Assembly: GCF_009914755.1 (NCBI RefSeq) | Contig: NC_060927.1 | Source: the human T2T-CHM13v2.0 reference genome, Homo sapiens | Length of the DNA stretch: 64,000 nucleotides | Direction: 5' to 3' (one strand) | In this document: in pieces, positions 40,381-56,153 of the stretch | How the letters are laid out: each line of letters starts with the position of its first letter | Position numbering within the stretch: position 1 is the first letter of the stretch | Translations under genes and position numbers: made by a program | Notes under the pieces: model-generated | Told to the model about the DNA's origin: nothing | The model's input: the letters and a program-made list of their open reading frames with translations, nothing else | Database searches by the model: none

Positions 40381-42114
40381 GCTCCCAAAAACCCTGGTAT
40401 TTCCCTATCACAGACTATATCTGATCAGACTGCAAGGGCCTCATTGCTCATCTGCCTCACACTGAGGGCATTTCTCTCTGGCTGCCCATGTGCCCATGTC
40501 TAGGACAGAGTCTGGCATAGAGAAGGCACCTGATAATACCAGAGGTAAGCAGACCAGCCCTGCATATCGGGTATAGACCCAACTGCACAGGCAATCTTAC
40601 CCACATGAGGCTGCTGAGGGCGACTGGTCAGTGTGACCTTCTCCTGCTCCTGTCACAGTTAATTTAAGAGGGGCAGGAGGAGAGTCACATGTCTATCCCC
40701 CAGCTGTGCCAGAGGGTACAAGCAAGAATGGTGCTCAAAAAGGGTGGCTCTGGTGGCAGGAGAGGGAAGCTCAGGCTGCAGGCAGGTGCCAATGTAGGCA
40801 ATCCCAGGAGGCTCCCTGGTCCCCCAAGAGGAAACAGATGGAGAGAGATGTCAGGAAAGCAGGCTCAGATACGCACTGCGGCTCTGCCTAAGGGATCGCC
40901 ACAGAAAGAGAACTTAAGGTGAGGAGGTTATGACCTCCAAGCCTACAGACAGGGAAACAGAGACACAGGGAAGCTACGGTCATGCTGCAGGTTCTAGTGA
41001 TGAACAATCCCCTCCAAATCTGCAGAGCGGGAATGAAATGAGAAATTACCTCCTCCCTGATACTCCTCTGGAGAGGCGGGGGAAGTGCCCCTGGTTCTCA
41101 TGTTCCTCTGTTCCACCTCGGAATCCAGAGGCTAAGAGGCAGAGGCAGGAGATGAAACAAAAAGACTGAGCCAGAGACAAGGAGAGGCCAAGAGGGAATG
41201 AAACACAGTGAGAATCTAAGAAAAGTGTCAGACAGTGAGTCAGAGGTGGGGGGAGGGGCCCTCAGCAGCTACCCAGGAATCAAGATCCTGACCATGGCAG
41301 TGTTCCCAGGGTGAGCACAGCCCCCTCCCTAGGGTCCTGGAGGAAGGAAAAGCAGTTCCCAGGAGCTGGCTCAGACAGAAATACCACACCGCCGAGGAAC
41401 CCCAGAGACAGGCCCTGAATCTGAGAGCCAGGCTTCTTCTGGGATCTGAGCCCTGACAATCAGGCAGCCCTCCTGCCACCACACACAGGCACTGACAACC
41501 CCCCACTCAACTGGCCACAGTTATCCACACGCTCAGGTCACACTGTGCAAATCCAGGAAAGGCCACCTCACCCCTGGGCACCAAGTAACCAAAGGCTGTT
41601 TTTGAGAAGTGGGGGCGGGGCTTGAAAACGTCACAGCAACTCCTCTGTCCACCTCAGCAGTCCTACCAGTGCCCCAGGCCTCAACCCAAGCCAGTCTTAG
41701 GGAGGGGGCACCTTTAGCTGCCTCCATCCCCCTTCAGGAATCTGAAGAATGTGTCCTTTAACCTCAGAGCCCCAGGCCTTGGCCAGTCCCCCCAAAACAC
41801 TTGGGGTCACATGACCCCTGTCCCTCAGGAACTTCCTGGGAGAAGGGGAGGGCACCTCCCAGCACCTCTAGCCCCCACTGAAAAACCAGCCTGGGTGGCC
41901 CTGAGAGGGCAGACCGAAAGCCTTGGCACCTCCTCCCCAACCATCCCTCTGAAGGAGAGCTGGGGGAGGGGACGGCTCCTCGGCTTTGGCCTCCAGGACC
42001 TGGCACTGGATAGGTGCCAAATGTTTGCTGGCTACATGAGGCACTTGTTCCTGCAGAAGGGAAACTGCACCTGACAATGACTGCTTCCTCCACCTAAGTG
42101 GGGCCTTCTTCCCT

Positions 42115-42700
42115 CTCTCATTCATTCATTCAACAAATACACACTAAGCTCACATATGTGCCAAACACTGTGGCAGGCACTCGCGCATGCAGGGAGCAAG
42201 ACTTATACAACTGCTGCCCTCTTGAAGCTCTGAATTGAGCAGGGAGGACAAATAGAGTGGGGTGCTGGGATGGAGGGTCTGAAGGGTGGGACAGGGTACG
42301 GCTGGGGTGAAGGTAGGTCTCTCCGAGGAAGGAATGTAGGCAGAGTTCCAGATAGGGGCTCCGCATGGGTAAGGAACAGGAGGAGGGACCAGCACAGTGT
42401 GATCGGACGAGGGGCAGCCCGCGAGGCTGAGCCTGGGCTCCAGGGCAGGCTTTACCTCGAGGGCACGGCAAGCCACAGAAGGCTTAAGTAGGGAGTGACA
42501 ATGCCAGATTTGCATTTTAAAAACGTGGCTCAGCACCGGGAGTGGAGGGGGTGTGACCGGTTGGAGGTGCTGCCAGGGCCAGGAGAGATGACAGGTCAAG
42601 GGCATAGGAGAAAGGCAGATACCAAGATGTGGAGAAGGAAGAGGGCAGGGCTGTCAAGGATTTGGATCGGGGGAGGTGACGAGCTACTCTCCAAAAGGCT
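42115..42700 (-). mobile_element. L2 3' fragment
   Basis: (ttca)n caacaaata...atgtgccaaacactgt. Confidence 0.55.
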
Positions 42701-42949
42701 TGAGACTTCTGGGTGGAGGTGCTGGGTGGGCAGCAGGAGACGGGGAGGAACCCTCTGGTGTCAGGAGTGTGGGCTACGGCTGTGTGTGTTTGTGCCGGGA
42801 GCGGGAGTGACTAAGTGTGTGACTATGGCTGTGGTGTGGGCATCTCCACAGTGCGTGCCTGTGAATGGGCCCCGGGGAGGAGAAACTGAGGAAGGGGAGG
42901 AAGTACGTGCTGCGGAAGGAGGAGAAGTGCGTGGGAGAGAGTCTACGTG

Positions 42950-44170
42950 TGCCTGCGGGTGGCCGGTGTAGCTGAGCCCGTGACTCACAGCAGTGGCCTC
43001 TGAGAGTGACGGCGACTGACAAACAGGTGAGCCTACGACACAATCCCTCCCTCCCGGGGTCCGTGACTCACCGCGCCTCCCTCTACGCTCATCCCTCCAC
43101 TCCCTCCCTGACCCCCGCCGGCCGGGGGCGCCCGGCACACGCCGCAGCTCCCGCAGCCTCCCCGAGGGGGGAGCCCGAGGAGGAAGGCGACAAATGTCAC
43201 CTGCTCCGGCCACGCGAGGAACTTCTGAAAAGTTCTCAGGCAACTGGGTCAAAAGGAAACTCACCCGCGGACGCACGCCCCCGTCGCCTCGCCGCTCGCG
43301 CGCAAGCCCGGCTCTGTCCCCACTCGCGCCGAGCTCGGGGAGCCGTGACTTCTCTCGGGGTTACCGCGGCGGGCGGGGGAGGGGAGCAGAAAACCTGCGA
43401 CTCCCGCCGGCCGGGCCCCCGGCCCCCGACTCCGGCCGCGGCACGCCGTCAGAGCCGGGCAGCTCCAGCCCCCGCGCCCGCTCAGGGTGCCGGGGAGTGA
43501 ACGGCAGGAGGCAGGAGCGGCAGTGCCACTCGCGCTGAATGCCCCCTCCCCAAAGTCCCGTCCTGCCGGGCCCGAGGCCCCTCGGCGCTCACCTGCAATC
43601 CGGACGCTCGCGGAGGACAACGACGCGACCCGCGTCCCGGCCGGGGACGCCCCCTGCGCCGCGACTCTGTGCGCTCGGCCCGGCAGCCGTCGGTCCAGCC
43701 GCCCCTCGCTCTGCGCGTCCGGCAGCGGCGGCGGCGGCGGGAGACTGCCTGCGCCCAGCCCCGCCCGCCGCTCCGCCCTCCTCGTCAGTGGAAAACTCCG
43801 GGGCTCACTGCGCTGACGCACGCCGGGCCTCCAGCCAGGCCGCCCGGCAGCCCCGCCCCGGAGGCGCCGCCTCCTCCCCCGCCTGGAGCCTGGCGCAGCG
43901 GCCTGGGGGCCTCCCTGCGGACTCTGACCCGGCGACTGCGCCTCCGCCGCTCTCCGCCCCCAGCCCTCTCCCGCCAGCGCCCTCCCCGCCCCGCTTCCAG
44001 CACGGTCCCTAAAGGCGCGGACGACTCAAGCCGGCAGAGCCGAGCGTAGAGATCCCCACCTCGCCCCACCGCCCCAGTTTACAGATGGGTAGACCGAGGC
44101 CGGGAGCACCTCGTAACTCCGCAAGTCCACGGGCTAGACAGTGGCAGAGCCGACGTCTCCTGTACGCTCT
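42950..44170. promoter_or_regulatory. CpG island / CSRNP1 promoter
   Basis: Very high GC and CpG density; GC boxes (CCCCGCCC at ~43760, 43851, 43985), TGACG half-CRE at ~43815, AP-1 TGACTCA at 42981 and 43064. Confidence 0.9.
43593..43750 (-). other. CSRNP1: CSRNP1 non-coding exon 1 (5'UTR; upper boundary/TSS approximate), contains a short (CCG)n run
   Basis: Strong donor CAG|gtgagc at 43593 inside the CpG island; no ATG in the exon. Confidence 0.75.
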
Positions 44171-45076
44171 CCACCCCCACCCCTCTAGAGGGAGTTTATT
44201 TTATTCCAATCTAAAAGTTCCCCCCTCCGCCCCCAACCTACCACCCACCCCCAGATCCGCCGGAAAAGTAAACTGTGGCTGGAGAGGAATCTGGGGTGTG
44301 TGGGGAGCGGGGAGGCAGGGAGCGGGAAGGATGGATGTAATCAGTGGGCCTGAACTTCATTCCTGCCCACGGGCCAAGAGACCCTTCCCTGCAGAAGTTC
44401 CAAACTAGGGGTTCTTAGAACTAGCTTCCCCACTCCCACCTCAACCTTCCCTTAAAAAAATAAAAAGGCTGGTTTCTTCCGGGCCAGATCTTGGCCACTT
44501 AAAATGGTCCACTGCCTTCTCTGCTCCCGCCAAGGCCTTTCCTGACTCGGGGCCAACCCTCCCGGTACGACATGCCCCGGCAACCAAGTCCTGGCCTGGG
44601 AGCCCACCCTCAGCCCCACTTCCCAACCGCAGGTACGAGTCTACTCATCACCTCGAGCGTTTCCACCCTCACGCTTTTACTGCAGCCGGTCTTCTCGACT
44701 GGAATGCTCTCCTGCCCTCTCTCTGCTTACCAGAATCCCAATGCCTTTAAGGGCTCAGCTTGCACTGCCTCCTCCAGGGAGCCTTCGTGGGAGCCTGACC
44801 CTCCCCCTCCCAGTCCTGCTCCCGCTGCATTCTGGGTTCTTCTGACTGTCCTAGATGAATGCTGTCAGCCACTAGCCCAGCCCTCAGGATTCCATTCTAC
44901 CTTCCTCCAGGTTGGGGGTGGGGGTGACCTCCTGGCCTTCTTGGATGGCATCTGCGGTGGAGTTGATGGTGAGAGCCCCTCTTCAGCCACAGATGTGCAT
45001 GTAGAATGGCAGGGGTCTGCTCCACTTTACCTTTCCTGCAAGAACAACAGGAGGAAAGCAGGTTGGGGGAAGATAA

Positions 45077-45692
<616 letters not shown>

Positions 45693-47097
45693 TGAGGTAT
45701 GATTCTGTCGCAGCCTCACCTGTACACTTCCACCTCATACCCCTGATGACTGCTCTCCAGCTCTGTTGGCCAGTTGTCAGTTCTCAGAGTATGTCCTGTT
45801 TTAAACTTTCAAGGATGCTGATCCCACCTTGCACCTGCCTTGCACCCACTTAGTTGTGTGGTTTCCTTGTGCATTTCCTTGTGCTTTGTCTGTGAGCAGT
45901 GGGAGGGCAGGAGCAATGTTGGACTTGATCACTGCTCTATCTCCAGTGCTTGATAAGAACTTGTTGAATAAACTAAACATGACTAGCAAATGGGTAAAGT
46001 TGCTAGGGCTCAAGGAGAGGGCAGGGCTGGAGGTGGCAGTGGATGGATTTTTAACACACAGCTAGCACACTGAAGCTATAGTGTAGCTGAGAATGCACAG
46101 GAAGGAGCTTAAAGGCTACAAAGCTGGGTGTCTGTTGCTAGAGGTGACTCCACTCTCAGGGCTTTAAGGGGTAACCCCGCAGGCCACCCACCCTCCACCA
46201 CCCACCTCAGACCTCAGCTGTGCTCTCACTGTGGCTGCGGGCTGCAGACGTTGCTGTTCCCAAGGAATCCTTTCCACTGCCTGCCTTCCTGCCTGCCTCT
46301 AATCTCCAGGCCAAGTTTCCAGCAGAAGAGAGGCTTCTATGATACCCAGAAGTGATCTAGTTTTGTTTCTGTCCCTGACTGTCTCTTTCCCTCGCTTTCT
46401 GGCCTTTAGCTTTTCAATCTGTAAAATGGAGGCATTGGACAAGAGAACCCTCACCAGCTTCAACATTCCTTGACTCAGTTTCTAGAAGATGCTGCCTGCT
46501 TATCAGGGAACTGGGCAGGGTTGGGCACTAGAATTAATGAGGGTCTCTCATGCTGCCTACGTTTGCATCCTGTTGAGTTGTATATTGGGGAAACCAGACG
46601 AGTCAGAAATCAGGGTAGGGAGTTTGCTGGTGAGGGCTGGAGTGGCGCTTAGAGTGGGGAGCCCAATGGAAGAGAAAGAGAGAACAAAGGAAAATACAGG
46701 AGAATAAGAAGAATCAAGTGACGTGTGTTCTCCAGAAAAGCATCTCCCCGTCCTGGGATGGACTCACCAGATGTTCCCCAGATGTTACTGATGATGGGAA
46801 ACATCTCCCTCTGGGATCCCAAGTAAACTCTTCTTATTCATGGGGAAAAGAAAGGTCTGTTCCAAAGCATTAAGGGTGGGGTCTAGAGCAGCATCCATCT
46901 GTGACTATGGCACATATATAGGCAGAAACACACCCACATATCCTCAAGGAATTTCTGAATACTTGGAAGAGTCCTAAGTTTCTCCAACATTCAGCATCCA
47001 TGAACCACCAATTTTAGGTAAATAAAAATTATCACAAGTTTTAAATAAAATTTTTTTAAATTAAAAATTAATGCTTTATTCCCATTAGTAAAGCTAA

Positions 47098-47423
<326 letters not shown>

Positions 47424-48060
47424 CATCGTACATTGTTGATGGGAGGGTGAATTGACACAATCAGGGAACTGGGCAGGTTTGGGCACTTGAGTTAGTGAGG
47501 GTATAATTGGAAACTATTGGAAATAATTCCACTATTCAGTATATACCCAGGAGAAACAAGGCGCTTATACACACCAAGAGACATTTAAAATAATGTTATA
47601 GCGGTTTTATGTATGTTTTCAGCCCATAACTGAAAACAACACGAATTCTACTAATAGGTAAGTGAAAATTAATTGTTATCATATAATGGGATATTACACA
47701 ACAACGAAAAATAACGAGCTATTGCTTCATACGATACTATGGTTTGAATGTCCCCGCCAAAACTCAGATTGAAATTTAATTGCCATTGTGTCAGTACTGG
47801 GAGGTGCGACCTTTGAAAGAGGAGTAACTATAATTCCACTTATTTTATTAAATTTTAAAGCAGGTGAATTAAAGCACAGTGATAGATAATGTTGCCTTGG
47901 GGATATTGACTGGGAAGGGGCACAAGAGCCTTCTGGGATGCTAGAGATGTTCTATATCTTGATCTGTGTAGCAGTTGGACAGGTATATACATGTGTAAAG
48001 ATTCAAGTTCCTTACTGAAGATTTGTTCACTTTAAGTTTTACCCTGATTTTTTTTTTTAA
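47424..48060 (+). mobile_element. Old L1M 3' region with a short MST/MLT1A fragment (~47735-47818)
   Basis: aattccactattcagtatatacccaggagaaac; ttctgggatgctagagatgttctatatcttgatctg. Confidence 0.6.
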
Positions 48061-48215
48061 AGAGAGGAGAAGTTAGTGTCAATCACAGTGCCATTATTGT
48101 GAAAATGGAGCCAGTGTTTTCAGCCTTTCACCGATAATCTACATCTAGACCAGTGAGGTATATCTGGGGTCCACAGGTCAGGTTCAACTGTTTGGTTTCT
48201 CTTCATCTAAATTAG

Positions 48216-48944
48216 TGTGATGGTCTGGAGAGTTTTCCAACACCTACAGCCAATTATCTGATTCTCCAGACACCAGCTGGGTGTTCAACAATTCAACTTT
48301 AACACTAACTTCCCAGCATTAGTGCAGACCCCACAGCTTCAGGGCTCAGTCTCACAAGACTGACCATTCCTCTCAGACACCAGTCACAAGTTCCAGGCTT
48401 ATTGTACTTCTGACCAACCAGCTATAAAGCTGGAGTTCCCACAGCCCCCTCCTAAAGTTCAATAATTTGCTGGAATGGCTCACAGAACTCAGGGAGACGC
48501 TTTAGTTACCAGTTTATTATAAAGAATGCAAACGAAGAGCCAGACGACGAGAAACAGATTAAGGTTCAGAAGTGTCTGGAGCACTGGGGTCTGCTTCCCT
48601 CTTGGTATGTGGATGTGTTCACCAGCCTGGAAGCTCATTCCGTCTTATTGTTCAGGAGTTTTTGTAGAGCTTAATCTCTAGTCCCCTTCCCCCTCCTGGA
48701 GGTTGATGGGTAGAGTTGAAAGTTCTAGCCTTCTAATCCCTTGGTCTTTCTGGTGATCAACCTCATTCTGAGGCTAAGGGCCCCACCCTTAATCACTTTA
48801 TTATAATAGCATAGACTCAGGTGTGATTGTAAGGGGCTCCTGATGGATAAATCCTGTCACTCAGGAAACTCCAAGGGAAATTCCAAAGGAACTCTGAGCA
48901 AGAAAGTAGGGACAAAGACCAGATATATTTCTTATTTTGCCACA
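48216..48944 (-). mobile_element. MER21-type ERV solo LTR
   Basis: gacaccagctgggtgttcaacaattcaa...ggctcagtctcacaagactg...gggacaaagaccagatatatttctt. Confidence 0.7.
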
Positions 48945-49663
48945 GATGGGTAAGAATTTTATTCCATTCATGACTCTCAAGTGCAAGGAGCTTCAAGTTA
49001 TTTTTCATCTAAGAGTTTCATAGTTTTAGCTCTTACGTTTAGGTCTTTAATCCATTTATAGTTAAATTTTATATGATAATAAGCTAAGGGTCCAACTTCA
49101 TTATTTTGCATATGAATATCTAGTTTTCCCAACATGATTTGTTAAAAAGAATTCCCCCTCCCCCAAATCAAATCCGAGCAGCTAAGTCTCAAGGGGAGCT
49201 TCCCCTTCAGTCAGCAGAGACACTCTCCTGTGTGCCATCCCAACCCCACCCCTCTGAGGTCTATCTGAAGAATGGGGATGCCTTCCCCTGTCTAGGATGA
49301 CCTAGCTGTCTGATTTTCAGTCCATACTGTCTGCTTGTGGCTAATATTCTCCTTCTCCAAGCCCATGGATCCACTGAGCATAGAAGATGGGCCCTGCTAT
49401 TTCTGAGCTATCCTTGGTTGTGCAGAGGGAAGGGAAGACTCTTTTATGAGGCTGCGAATAGGGACTAAGTTCCTGGCTTCTTAGGGGGCTCAAACATTCC
49501 CCTCTGGACAACCCCACCCAAACTACCTCCTCCTCTCCATAGTCCTGAGGGGAATTCTGCTCCTCTCCACCTTGCCTTTTACTCTTCCCCCTCCTCAAAG
49601 GAATTCCCCTCTCTAGGCCTTCATCTTGGTTGGAGACCCACCCCAGCCCTCTCAACAGGCTAA

Positions 49664-49851
49664 GGCAATTGTTCTCAAGTTCTAACGCCTGACCATCAGC
49701 ATCAGCATCACCGGAGAAGCTGTTAGAAATGCAGATTCTTAGGTCTTTCCTAGACCTACTGAATCAGAAATTCTGCAAGTGGGGCCCAGCAACCTGGGTT
49801 TTAACAAGCCCTCCAATTGATTCTTATGCACATCAAATTTTGAGGCCCACT
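49664..49851. mobile_element. MER5A DNA transposon
   Basis: gcatcagcatcacc...gttagaaatgcagattct...gacctactgaatcagaaa...ttttaacaagccctcc. Confidence 0.8.
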
Positions 49852-50317
49852 GAGCATTGCATTGGAAAGCAAGAATGCAGAAAGGAGACTGTCTTAAAGC
49901 ACATTTCTTGAACATTCTTATTTATCTAAATTGGAAGACTTTTGTGCATAGATCTGTAGGTTAAAAATCCAAGCAGTTGAGTTCTGGGTCAAAGGAGTTT
50001 GAAAGACATTGCCAAATCACCATCCCAAAAATTGCACCAATTTCACTCTCAACCAGTAGTGTCTGAGGGTGACTGTTTCCCAACACCCTCCCTGGCACTG
50101 GGTGCTATCAAACTGTGAATCTCTGCCAATCTGATAGGAGAAACAAATCTTACTGTTTCAGTTGGCATTTCTCTTTTTACGAGTGAAGTTGAAGCTTTTA
50201 AAAACCATTTCTATTTCTCAGTAAACTGCTGGTTTATATTCCTTACTCATTTTGTCTTGAGTTGCTTTAGGTCTTTGAGGATGAAGGAGGTGAGCTTGTC
50301 TGTCTGTTACACAGTAG

Positions 50318-50672
<355 letters not shown>

Positions 50673-51239
50673 CTTAAATTTTTATATAGCCACATTTCAT
50701 AAATGTTTACTTTAGGGATCCTGGATTTTATTTGCTGAATTCTTTATCATACTATTATAAATAAATTTACTTATTGTTTCTCTATGGTCTTATGGTTTTA
50801 TTTTTAATATATATCCTTTATCCACCTGGAATTTATTTTGATTTAGGGAATAGTGTTCCCATTATATTTTTCCCCCAAATGGGTAGCTAATTTTACTACC
50901 ACCTTTCTCTACTAATTTAGAATGTCACCTTAAACGTAAACTGAATTCTGATATGTGTTGGGATCTATTTCTGATTTTCTATTCTGGTTTACTGAGTTGT
51001 CTATTTCACCTTTGGATACCAAATTGCTTTACAAATTATAATTTCATAATATTTTTATCATCTGATACATCTAGCCTCATCTTGTTGCTTTTCTTTTTCA
51101 GGGCTTTCCTGGCTCTTATTTATTTCCTCATTTGGTTGTCATATAATTTTTGACAAGTTCCTCACCTGACTAACAAACAAATCCTATGGGTATTTTGATT
51201 AGAGTCACAGTGAGTAAATGGATTGAGAAAGCACTGACA

Positions 51240-51370
51240 TTTTTTATTTTTAAATTTTTAAAATGTGGAGTTGAGGTCTCACTATGTTGCTCAGGCTGAT
51301 CTCAAATTCCTGGCCTCAAGTGATCCTCCCTAAGTTCTGGGATTACAGGAATGAGCCATTGTGCCCAGCC
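51240..51370 (-). mobile_element. Alu monomer (FLAM-like), TSD cactgacattttt
   Basis: Left-arm motifs with flanking duplication. Confidence 0.75.
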
Positions 51371-51408
51371 AACACTGACATTTTTATAATATTGAGTCTT
51401 TCTATTCA

Positions 51409-52654
<1,246 letters not shown>

Positions 52655-52867
52655 CATTCTGTATAATTTTAATATTATCTTTGTAAAGGCCCTTATATGT
52701 CTTTTAAATATTTTTCTAAATATTTTGTCTTTTTGATTGCCATTATAACTGTAATTTCTATCGTATATTTCTGATAGATTTTATATATATACATATATTA
52801 TGTATATAAAGTAAAGTAAAGGAGAGCTACTGGGTTTTGTATATGAACCTTGGAAACTGCCATCATC

Positions 52868-53156
52868 TTTATTTATTTATTTTTTTGAGATGGGATCTTG
52901 CTCTGTTGCCCAGTGGCACAATCTTGGCTCACTGCAACCTCTGCCTCCTGGACTCAAGTGATCCTTCCACCTCAGCATCCCTAGTACCTGGCACCACAGG
53001 TGCTCGCCATCATGCCTAGCTAATTTTTGTATTTTTTGTAGAGACAGAGTTTCGCCATGTTTCCAGGCTGGTTTCGAACTTCTGGGCTCAAGAAATCCAC
53101 CTGCTTCAACTTCCCAAAGTGCTGGGATTACAGGCATGAGCCACCGCACCCGAGCC
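52868..53156 (-). mobile_element. Alu (AluJ-like)
   Basis: Antisense dimer. Confidence 0.88.
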
Positions 53157-53344
53157 ATCCTGAATTACTGCCTCTCTAATAGTTGGGAATTTTCCAATCA
53201 CATCATCTACATATAAATTTGCTTCCTCTTTCCAATATTTACATCACATTTCTCTTTTTTGTCTAATTACACTGGCTTGAACTGCTAGAGCCATGTTAAA
53301 TGATAATGATCATGATGGCTGCTTTCACCTTGCTTTTTATTTTT

Positions 53345-53730
53345 TGGCTTAAAACAATAGAAATTTATTCTCTCACAGTTCTGGAGGCCAGAAGTCCTAA
53401 GTCAAGGTGTTGGCACTGCTGTTTCCTTCTGGACACTGTGAGGGAAAACCATTCCCTGCCTCTCTTGCAGTTTCTGGTGGCTGCCGGCCCTCCTCGGCAC
53501 TCCTTGGCTTGTGGCCGCGTCCCTCTGGGCTCTGCTCTGTCTTCACGTTGCCTTCTCCCCTGTGGGCCTTTTCTCCTCTTCTCTTCTGAAGACACTTATC
53601 ATTGGATTTAGGGCCCATCTCAATCCATGATGATGGCATCAAGATTGTTAACGGAATTACACCCACAAAACTCCTTTCATACATTCACAGCTTCCAGGAG
53701 GACATTATCTTTGGAGGCACTACCTTCAAC
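53345..53730 (-). mobile_element. MLT1B/C-type MaLR LTR
   Basis: ggcttaaaacaatagaaatttattctctcacagttctggaggccagaagtcc...cattggatttagggccca. Confidence 0.78.
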
Positions 53731-53981
53731 CTGATGCTTTTTCCTGAAATGACTTTTTTCTTTTTACATTTGGCTACTGTGGTATAAACTGTTGTCCCAT
53801 CCGAATGACCTGACATGCACCTGAAACATGTTTGAAAACGCAACGTTTGTTAGTGCAGTCAGCTCTCCTCTGGAACTTTTCAGCTAATCTGTCACCTTAC
53901 AGCTCTTGGTTTAATCCTCCTCTTACCTGGGTATAGGATGTGCCCACAATGTCAGGCCTTTTCGTTCTCTCTCTATATATA

Positions 53982-54690
53982 ATTTTTTCTTTCAATAGCT
54001 TGTGGGGTCCCAGGGGGTTTTGGTTTCATGGATGAATTATATAGTGGGGAAGTCTGAGATTTTAGTGCATCTCTCGCCCAAGTAGTGTATATTGTCCCAA
54101 TATCTGTCACCCCTTTTCCACCCCCCTACTTCTGAGTCTTCAAAGTTTATTACACCATGCTGTTTGCCTTTGTGTACCCACAGCTTAGCTCTCACTTATA
54201 AGTGAGAACATACAGTATTTGGTTTTCCACTCCTGAGTTACTTCACTTAGAATAATGGCCTCCAGCTTCATCCAAGTTGCTGCAAAAGACATTATTTCAT
54301 TCTTTTTTACAGCTGAGTAATATTCTATGGTATATATACCACATTTTCTCTATTCACTCATTAGTCGATGGACATTTAGGTTGGTTCCATATCTTTGCAA
54401 TTGTGAATTGTGCTGCTGTAAACATGCATGTGCTGGTGTCTTTTTCATATAATGACTTCTCTTCCTTTGTGTAGATACCCAGTAATGGGATTGTCAGATC
54501 AAATGGTAGATTTAGTTCTTTAAGAAATCTCCATACTGTTTTCCATAGACGTTGTACTAATTTACATTCCCACCAACAGTGTATAAGCATTCCCATCTCA
54601 CCACATCCACACCATCATCTGTCGTTTTTTGGCTTTTTAATAATGGCCATTCTGGCTAGGGTAAGGTGGTATCTTACTGTGGTTTTACTT
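53982..54690 (-). mobile_element. L1 (L1PB/L1MA-like) 3' end, 5'-truncated
   Basis: Antisense L1 3'UTR; ORF 54354-54596 translates as the ORF2 C-terminus ([22 protein letters not shown]). Confidence 0.9.
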
Positions 54691-54702
54691 ATTTCATTGT
54701 TA

Positions 54703-54982
54703 TTATTTTTTTTTGAGACAAGGTCTCACTCTGTCACCCAGGCTGGAATGTGGTGGCATAATCACGGCTCACTGCAGCCTTGACCTCCCTGGCTCAAGTG
54801 ATCCTCCCAACCTCAGCTTCCTGACTAGCTGGAACTACAGGCACATGCCACTATGCCCCACAAATTTTTGAATTTTTGTAGAGACAGGGGGTCTCCCTAT
54901 GTTGCCCAGGCTGGTCTCGAACTCCTAGATGCAAGCAATCCCAAACTGCTGGGATTACAGGCATGAGCCACCACACCCGGCC
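54703..54982 (-). mobile_element. Alu (AluJ-like)
   Basis: Antisense dimer. Confidence 0.88.
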
Positions 54983-56073
54983 TAAACTAGATTCTTCAGG
55001 TGGATACCACTCTTGCTCCTGTTTAACTTTTTTTTTTTTTTTTGCCTCGTTTCACATTTTTATATTTAATTTAATTTTGGCTGATGGTAACATTGCAGCC
55101 TTAGCTTACTATTTTCTGGTACACCTTGGTTTGTATTTTATTTTTAACCTTTCTGAGTTATTTTGGCAAAGATGCATCTCTTGCACACATCATACACTTT
55201 TTAAGACACTTTTATCATTCGATGTGAGAATCATTTTTCTATCATGAGTAGTTTTATCCCATTTACATGTGCTGATATAACTGACATATTCGCCTTAACT
55301 GTGTCTTCTTATCTTGTTTTCTATTTAAATACTGCTTGTGTTTTCTATGTTTTACCCTGTGTATTTTTGTCTTCTTCGGTATGCATGTGTGTGTGCGCCT
55401 ATATGTTTGTATTTTTGTCTGATTATTTGAAGGTTCATAAGTCTGTTTTTAATATTTCTAGTGGTTGCTTTTATATCAATTTATTTCTCTGCCAAGAAAA
55501 GAAAACATTTAGATGTAGGAAAAGAGTTGTATTCTCAAAGGCTAAGCTTTGGCACCACAGTTCTGTCTTCAAAATCTTGATGTCTTTTTCTCAATATGAA
55601 AGAGGTTGATAGCCTTGCCCAGAAGCCAAAAGTTCAGGGTAATCAAGATACTGAATGTGCCACTGAGATGCTGCTTGAACTAGCCACCTACATCAAAGAG
55701 CTATCAGTACCACAAAGGGATGCTGTATCTCATCTCTTCTTTCAAAACCTCATGTGAATATCTTTCCTTCAGCAACCAGCATACTTTGTTCAACAGTGTC
55801 TTTGACTTACTGTCCATTTCTCTACACAGTGTTCTGAGAAGACATAATAGGAGAGGCCATGAATTGAAGGCATTGACTCTTCTTGCTATTTGTTTCTATA
55901 TATATCGAGATTAGGAGCCAGATTGTTGCCTGGCAGCTGGTCTTTGTGAATACAGTGGTGTATGGTTGACATTCAGCTGCAAGTTTTTTTTTTTTTTTTT
56001 TTAAATCTGTGAATTGATGCTGGTTGGGCAGTCAGTATACCAAAAGATAATAGCACACTTAAAACCAAGATGA

Positions 56074-56153
56074 GGCGGCTCTGCCTATGGAGTAGCCATT
56101 ATTTTATTCCTTTACTTTCTTAATAAACTTGTTTTCACTTTAAAAAAAAAAAA
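56074..56153 (+). mobile_element. MER41-like LTR 3' (R-region) fragment followed by a poly(A) tail
   Basis: gctctgcctatggagtagccatt...cttaataaacttgttttcacttt + A12. Confidence 0.7.

Noticed and set aside
42761-44408. Overlapping long Pro/Arg/Ala/Gly-rich ORFs on both strands
   Set aside because: Expected from stop-codon scarcity in a CpG island; no recognisable domain.
54354-54596. ORF with strong protein-like sequence (HCWWECKLV...)
   Set aside because: C-terminal remnant of L1 ORF2 in a truncated element.
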